Of a DNA stretch of 64,000 nucleotides, positions 53,860-64,000 are shown piece by piece; the first letter of the stretch is position 1; the number at the start of each line of letters is the position of its first letter. The stretch spans positions 558,001-622,000 of the forward strand of contig CP154954.1 of the NCBI GenBank assembly GCA_039621445.1, written 5' to 3'. The notes beneath the pieces were generated by a model. That model was not told the DNA's origin and did no database searches. It saw nothing but the letters and a program-made list of their open reading frames with translations. This DNA is from Euglena gracilis (lineage: Eukaryota). The position numbers and the translations under genes are program-made.

Positions 53860-54450
53860 CTAGAGACAAGAAAAAAAAGGAATTGTTTCTAAGTCATTAT
53901 ATAAATTGATTAAAATCCTTAAAAGAAATTAAACAAAAAAGAATTAATTGAAAACAAAAGTTATATTTATTTCCCAATATAATATAATAATATAATCTCA
54001 CTAATTTAATAAACATTCTTTTATAATATTTTTTCATACCCTCAAAATTTGAACGATAATATTTACTAGATTTTACATAGCTATTAACTGAAGTAATTTT
54101 AACACTAAAAGCAGTTTCAATAAGATCTTTAAATTGCCTTTTACTTATGAAGTTATAAAATACTAAAAAAATAAAAGTAATTAATTAAAATTTTTATAAT
54201 ATAAAACTACAAACTAAAAATACAGCTACTATAAACATTCAAAACATTTGTATATCAACATCAAAAGTATAAACATTATTTTTTAAAAGTTTATTAGTCT
54301 TATCGGTCAAAATTTGAGATTTAAAAAAAAATCAAAAGTATTTATAAATATTCAAAAAAAAATTAACATTAAAAAAAAAAATAAATAAATATATTATAAA
54401 AAAAAAATATAAAAAAAAAAAAATAATTAAAATAATAATAAAATTATATA
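53860..54450 (-). CDS. rpl23: 50S ribosomal protein L23, split by group III introns; the start lies in a noisy stretch
   Basis: KSQILTDKTNKLLKNNVYTFDVDIQ|..SKRQFKDLIETAFSVKITSVNSY...KKYYKRMFIKL|..LETIPFFSCL*. Confidence 0.85.
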
Positions 54451-54617
54451 AAAAAAAAAAAAAAAAAAAATAAAATAAAAAAAATACTAAAAAAAAAAAA
54501 ACAAGGAAATAATAACCTTTTTTAAATTATAAAAATTTAGAAAAATTTATTCGATAATATATTAATTACCGAATAAACTAAAATATATATTAAGAATATA
54601 AAAGTATTATAAAAAAC

Positions 54618-54746
54618 TTATAAAGAAGAACCTAAACCCGAATAAGAGCCATAAAAAAAAAGAGCAAGAAGTGCAATCGCTGCTAAACCGATTATTGTAA
54701 GAACTAACCAAAGTGGAATTCTACCTGTATTTTCTGAATTAGACAT
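54618..54746 (-). CDS. psbJ: Photosystem II protein J
   Basis: [42 protein letters not shown]. Confidence 0.96.
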   Translation of the reverse strand: MSNSENTGRIPLWLVLTIIGLAAIALLALFFYGSYSGLGSSL

Positions 54747-54834
54747 AAATATTTCTCCCAAAATAATAAAAAAATGTTAAAAAAAAATACTACAAAAATA
54801 TTTGCTTCAAGAAGCAGACTTTAATTAATAATAA

Positions 54835-54951
54835 CTAATTAAAGATATAACTAGAAAATAGAACAGCCAAAACAAAAATTAATAATAGTCCCCAGTATAA
54901 ACTTGTCCTATTTAATTCGACTGTTTTTTTATTTGAATTTGTTTGTGCCAT
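54835..54951 (-). CDS. psbL: Photosystem II protein L
   Basis: [38 protein letters not shown]. Confidence 0.96.
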   Translation of the reverse strand: MAQTNSNKKTVELNRTSLYWGLLLIFVLAVLFSSYIFN

Positions 54952-55058
54952 AATAAATAATTTATAATAAAAAAATATGTTAAACCTTAGATTAAAAAAT
55001 ATAAAAAAGTATAACTTTAAACAAAACTTTACACTTTATTTTAACAAAATTTTAAAGG

Positions 55059-56226
<1,168 letters not shown>

Positions 56227-56231
56227 AAATT

Positions 56232-57153
56232 TTATTTAGTAAATTGATCCATTTGTTCTAAAGCATTGAAACGATCAGAAATTAAAGGAGCTTGTTGTCT
56301 TGTTTCTGTAAAATATTCGCTTGGACGAGGTGTACCAAAAATGTCATAAACAATTCCCGTGCTTACAAAAATCCAACCTCCAACAAATAATGACGGTATA
56401 GTTACACTATAAAACTAAAAACAATAGAAAAAGTTTTTGTTTAAAAACTGTTGGAATGAACTATACAAAAACAGCTTATAATAAAATAATCTTCTGTTAT
56501 CTAAGGAAAACCAAACAAAATAAATAACAGTTTTACAAAATATTAAAATTTAGTAAACAAAATATAAAATAAAAAATCCCTAAAATAAACACGTATTATT
56601 TAGGTGCAAAAATATAAAAATAAAAAATTTTTTTGTTAAGTAAAATCAAAAATAATCTGCAATTTATTTCATTCACAAGAAAAACATTTGATTATTAAAA
56701 TTTTTAAAACATTTAATATTAAGAAAATACACACATGAATTACCCAATAACGAATACTAGTAATATGAAATTAAACTTCCAAAGCTCATACCAAAACCGT
56801 ACAAACAAATACACTTGAGCTGTATACGGATTGAAAATTTAAAATAAAATTAAAAAATATAAAACAAATTTTATTTTACTTATATAAAAAAATAAACAAT
56901 GTTGAGATTTACTTTTAAAAAACTAAAAAATAGTAATAATTATTGTTAAACTTTCAAGGAAATACTTAAAAAATTATTTCAAAAATTATATAAACTAAAT
57001 AATAAGATAATAAAAAAAGATCAAAAAAGAATTTTACTTATTAAACTTACACGTTTATCTCAAAGGATATTAATAAAATATTTGATAATAAAAAATGTAT
57101 ATTCCAACGCGCACAATATCAGAAAAAGGACGTTCTCCTGTTGAGCCTGCCAT
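56232..57153 (-). CDS. psbE: Cytochrome b559 alpha subunit; exons 57115-57153, 56735-56764, 56232-56408
   Basis: [81 protein letters not shown]. Confidence 0.97.
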
Positions 57154-57237
57154 ATTAAATTTCCCTTTAAAAATAAAACATAACAATTACTATATTCTAA
57201 AATCATTAATTAACAAATAATAAGTAAAAAATTTTTA

Positions 57238-59049
<1,812 letters not shown>

Positions 59050-59570
59050 TTATACGGCTACTAGAGTAAAAAATTAATAAAAAATAACAACCAAATAAAA
59101 AATTTAATTATAAAAAGCTTTTATTACCAAACCATATCATTAAATAAACTTTAATTTATGTCATAAGTATTAATATTTATTTTTAACTAATTTTAACTAC
59201 AATCTACATAAGAAATATTTTTAACGAAATTTAAAAAATAACTAAAAAATTATGTGAAAATTTTTATTAACTAATAACATTTTATCTTCATAAATTTTCC
59301 CAAAAAAAATTCACTTCGAAGGTTTTAAAAATTATAAAATTTGAACTAGTTTTTTTACCTACATTAAAAATGTTAGCACAGCACTGAAAATTTGCTAAAT
59401 TTTAATTTTTATAAAAAATTTTTCATAACGTAAAGATAATTAAAACAACTGTTTGTTTTCTATTCAAAAAATTTTACCATTAAAAAATATATTTAATAGT
59501 TGATTGTACCAATAATATTAGTAAAAATTTCCATAGATAAAAAAATTAAAAATAATTCAAAACACTTAAA

Positions 59571-60675
59571 ACAAATTTTTTCTTCAAGTAATGATAAAGT
59601 TATTTTTTTGGGAGTTTATATTGCTTATAACAAGATTTATAACTTTTTTGAAAAATTGAGAGTTAATAAAAAATACTTTTTAAATGTTTTTCAAAAAATT
59701 ATTACCAAACATAATACATTTTTGAAGGCTCTAAAAAATATTTTTCATTATTCTCGTTGTTTTAATTTTTTCAAAAAAAATTGTTATCCTAATTTTTATA
59801 AAAAAAAAAATTTTTCTTTTTTTAATTTTTATACAGAATCATTTCGTATTTTAAAATTTTTTGATGCTTTTTTTATTAATACTCATCATTTTTTTTTACC
59901 GGTCGAGCTTATAACTTCAACTAAACTTGTAAATTTTCAAAAGTATACTATGTATTCGTTTGATTTTTATAATCAGAAATTAAGTATTTTGTTAAAAGAC
60001 ATTTTAGAAAATTTTAATCAATTTTTATCTTGTTCTCTTGTTTCAATAGATTTAAATTTGTATAATTGTTTGTTTGAATTTAAAAAGCATCTGGTATTAC
60101 TTTATAATTATTATTCTCCTGTTTATTCGTTTTTTTCTAAAAGACAACGTTATAAATTAAATTTTAATTCTTTTAATTACTATTCTTTTTCTAATTTTTC
60201 TGGTCAAAACCGTTCTTTTTTTTCTTCTAAAGCAAATCAATTTCGATTTTTTAAATTCTTTGTTCCATTCAAAGTTTTTTTAAAAAAATTAAGATTGCTT
60301 GGCTTTATTCATCCTTTTAAATTTCGTCCTATAGGTAATGTTCGTTTACTTCTTTTTGAAGATAAGTTTATTCTTCGAAATTTTGGTTTTTTTGTTTATT
60401 CTGTTTTAAATTGGTTTTCTATATGTGAAAATTTTTCTCATTTAAGATTTTTTGTTGAATTAATTCGAGAAAGTTGTTTTTTAACTCTTTGTCGAAAGCA
60501 TAATAAAATGAAATTATGGTCATATTCAGTTTATACGTTTGATTTAGTGTTTTCTAAAAGTGTTTATCGCACTATTTCTTTTTTCCCAACTCGAAAGTTT
60601 ATTTTTAATTTAAAAAGAAAATCTTTTTTAGTTGATGTACGTTTTAATTTGGATGAGACTATTTTTTTAGAATAA
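59571..60675 (+). CDS. mat2: Third, 5'-truncated copy of the mat2 ORF
   Basis: Identical to the 534-aa ORF from QIFSSSNDK onward. Confidence 0.85.
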
Positions 60676-60834
60676 TTCTTAATATATCGTTGTTGATTGT
60701 TAAACAAATATAGGAATCTTGAATAATTAGAATTTTAATTTTGTAGTGTTAATTGTTTTTTGTCAGTCAGAAAGCTGTATGTGCAATGAATTATTTGTGC
60801 AAGTATAGTTTGGAAAACGGATTTTCGATTTAAC

Positions 60835-61602
60835 TAACTGTAGGTGGTCGTGATCAGGAATCAACTGGATTTGCTTGGTGGGGTGCGAAACGTTTTATTT
60901 TTAATGTATTGAAAGTAAGTCTTTTATGGATTAAAGATTAATTTTACATTTTTGAGCTTTAATTTTTGGTATTGTAATCAATATATTTGTATTTGCAATG
61001 TATTTTTTACAAAACGCAAATTTTGTTTAAAAAAGCTTACATTTAAACTTTAATATTTTCTAATAATAAAAGTTTTTTGCAAAAGTAAATTTTATTTTTA
61101 TTTAAAATAAAATATTTAATAATTAAAAGGTTAGTAAAAGTTTTATACTTTTTCGAACATATTAATGAAAACTTTTTATTTTTAAGATTTGAATTTTATA
61201 ATTGGGCATTTGTAAAAAATTTTTTATCATCACATATTTTTTACTTGGTTTAGTCTTTTATCAATTTTGTTTTATTAAGTAGATTTTTGGACCTAAAAAT
61301 TTTTAATTAAAAAATGTATGAAACGTAAAAAATTGTAAATTTTCTGTTTTGACAAAAAACATTTAAGAAAATTTGCAATAAGGTGAGGTATTGTACCGTA
61401 AAAGTTCGTAAATTTTATTTAGGAATTATCCTCATAGAATTATTTTTGTAAAAACTATTGTTAAGTTAAATTTAATTTTATACGCTTTATGAAATAAAAT
61501 TTTCACGTAAAGTGTTTTGGAGGGAAACTTTAGAATTTTAATTTTTTCTATCTTAATCAGGTAATGCTAGACTTATAAATGTATCAGGTAAACTTTTGGG
61601 TG
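60835..61602 (+). CDS. psbC: Further copy of psbC exons 3 and 4 (60835-60882, 61558-61602)
   Basis: TVGGRDQESTGFAWW|AGNARLINVSGKLLG. Confidence 0.9.
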
Positions 61603-64000
61603 GTGTGTTTTGAATTCTAATTTTTGTGGGGGTGGTTTTTTATGATTTAAAGTTTTTGTTTTTATATTTTTGTTGTTATTTTCTTTTATGATTTTTTATG
61701 AAATTTTTCAAGTTTCTTTTTATCAAAATTTTTCTTGGGAAAAATCTGTTCGTTTATTATTTAAAGTTCAAAGGCGTTTATTTAAAGTTTCTTATATTCA
61801 TGATAAGAAAAATTTATATGAGCTTCAAAAACTTATTTTTCAATCTAATTGTGCAAGATTGTTAGCTATTCGCGAAGTAACACAATTGAGTTTCAATAAA
61901 AAAATTTCAGGAGTTGATGGAAAAACTACTTTAAATTTTTTGGAAAGATTTGAATTAAACGAATATTTAAGAAAAAATTGGAATAATTGGAAGCCTCAAT
62001 CTTTAAGGAAAAGATGTGTTTTCGATTTAAATGAAAATTTAATCTCAGATACAATTTCGACTATTTCGGATCGTTTCTGGCAAGTTTTGATTAAATTTGT
62101 CCTTGAACCTGTTTATGATTTTTTTTTTCATTCATTTAATTTTGGTTTTCGTTATAATGTTCCTATTTATAAGGTTCAGAAAGCTATTTTGCTTAATTTA
62201 TCAAATATTTCGTTTGGTAGTAAAAAAAGAATTTTAAAAGTTGAGTTAAATTGTAATTTTTCTATTTTTAATTATGATTATTTGATGAAAAAATTAATTG
62301 CTCCGAGAAATATTAAATTAGGGATTTTTCGTTTGTTGGAATTAGGTTTCAATTTGCACTTTCCAGAAAATGAGTGTCAAATTTCGACTTTTAGTTCTTT
62401 GTTATTAAACGTTATGTTAAATGGAGTTGAAAACGTTCATAATTGTGTGCGCTATGGTTATTATATGTTATTTTTTTTACGACCCATTACTTACTTTTCT
62501 CTTTTTTTATACTTTTTCTTTTTTTTACTTTATTACTAAGGGTTTTGATTATTTTAGGGTTGGCATTTTAAATTAAAAAGTTAAAATATATTCTGCAATT
62601 CTAGCGCATAATTATTTTTTTCCTTAATCCATGAACGTTTTCAAATTCATGTTAACATTAAGTGTTGTTTAATAACAAAGAACTATAAAAGAAATTTGAC
62701 ACATTTCTGGAAAGTAAATTGAATTAATATTCCAAATTTTTTTAACGAAAAATCCCTAATTTAAATCATTTTTTATCGGAGCAATTAACTTTATCAAATA
62801 TAAATTATAAAAATAGAAAAAAAACAATTTAACTCATTTTAATTAAATCTTTTGGTTTCATTTTTTATAAATGAAAATAGCTTCTGAATTATTTTAAATA
62901 GGAACATTATAATTTTTAATAATAAAATTAAATGGATTTTGAAAAAAATTTATGAACAGTTTCTTAGGGCAATTTTAATAAAATTGCTCAGGAATTTTTC
63001 TTTTTTTGATCTCATAAAAATAGTTCGAAAATGTATCTGAGATTAAATTTTCATTTTTTAAATCGACACATATTATTTTGGTTTTAAATGAATTGTTTGC
63101 TTCCACCTTTTTCTATGTTTAATTTTTTCTTCTTTTTTTAAATAAGTTTGTTCAAATTTTTTAAAATATTTAAAGTAGTTTTTTTTTTTTTTAACTCCTG
63201 CATTTTTTTTATTGATTAATTTGTGTTACTAGCGAATAGCTAACATTAGTTTTACATATTTTGATGATGAAAAATAAGTTTTGAAGCTCATCTAAATTTT
63301 CTTATCATGAATATAAGAACTTTTAATTTAAATAAACGCCTGATTTAAATAATAAACGAACAGATTTTAAGAAAAATTTTGATAAAAAATTTTTTTTTTT
63401 AAAACTTGAAAAATTTCATAAAAAATCATAAAGAAAATTTATAAAAAAAAAACATAATTTAAAACAAAAACTTTAAATCATAAAAAAAAACAAAAAATTA
63501 GAATTCAACATAATTAATTTTATACAATTATACAGTTTTAAAGTCTTTAATTACCTTTTTGATTAAATGATAGAATTTAATTTATTTATAATTTTATTTA
63601 AAGTTTCCTGAAAACACTTTACGTGATTTTATTTTTAATAAAGCGTTAAATATAAAATTATTAATTTACTAACAATTTTAGTTTTGTTTTTACAAAAATA
63701 ATTGCATAGTGATATTTATTAATAAAATTTACGAATTTTACGGTTTAAATATTTACCTTATTTAAAATTTTTTTTTGAAATGTTTTTTGTCAAAAGAAAA
63801 TTACAATTTTTTTTTTTTTTCATATATTTTTTTTAAAAATTTTTTTAGGTCCAAAAAAAGATACTTAATAAAACAAATAATTGAAAAAAATTTAAAAAAA
63901 GTAAAAAATATTGTGATGATAAAAAAATTTTTTAATTTTATGAATTATAAAATTCAAATTTTACAAAATAAATAAGTTTTTTATTAATATGTTCGAAAAA
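61150..64000. repeat. Fold-back inverted duplication 3: ~61150-62460 versus a noisy arm at ~62630-64000
   Basis: 62631 ATGAACGTTTTCAA, 63276-63320 and the final TTAATATGTTCGAAAAA are reverse complements of the ycf13/psbC intron 3 copy just upstream. Confidence 0.92.
61688..62490 (+). CDS. ycf13: Partial second copy of ycf13, ending in noise at the third fold-back
   Basis: Matches 4545-5921(-) up to MLFFLRP, with a cluster of substitutions near 62075-62180. Confidence 0.85.

Noticed and set aside
59500..60675. 391-aa ORF as a novel gene
   Set aside because: Fusion of antisense psaB intron with truncated mat2 at a junction.
62070..62185. Clustered differences between ycf13 and mat2 copies as RNA editing, paralog divergence or diversity-generating retroelement variation
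   Set aside because: Changes mostly run toward T on the + strand, extend T runs and lie near noisy segments. No template/variable repeat pair is present and the RT-like proteins lack YADD.

Overview
This is Euglena gracilis-type (euglenoid) chloroplast DNA: very AT-rich, with photosystem and ribosomal-protein genes split by many small group II introns, ~100-nt group III introns and twintrons. Two plastome regions are present. (A) The 3' part of psbD and nearly all of psbC, with three intron-encoded maturase-like ORFs: a psbD-intron RT/HNH ORF, mat2 and ycf13/mat1. (B) (psbI)-trnD-petG-trnK-psaA-psaB-psbE-psbF-psbL-psbJ-rpl23-rpl2-rps19-rpl22-rps3-roaA-rpl16-rpl14. The window is not a colinear piece of genome. 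It has three fold-back inverted duplications (turns near 14.1-15.3 kb, 45.45 kb and 62.5 kb), each with one partly degraded arm. It also has a G-rich corrupted tract (23.47-25.0 kb) that still shows remnants of psbI and trnD, and a sharp psaB-intron/mat2 joint at ~59.57 kb. This pattern is best explained by chimeric, poorly polished long reads. I found no convincingly new system. The most interesting biology is the set of four degenerate group II intron maturases (including a free-standing one and a possibly single ~780-codon RT-X-HNH protein split at homopolymers), the nested introns, and a psbD stop codon supplied by an 11-nt micro-exon shared with psbC. Exon borders were placed by eye and may be off by 1-3 nt.
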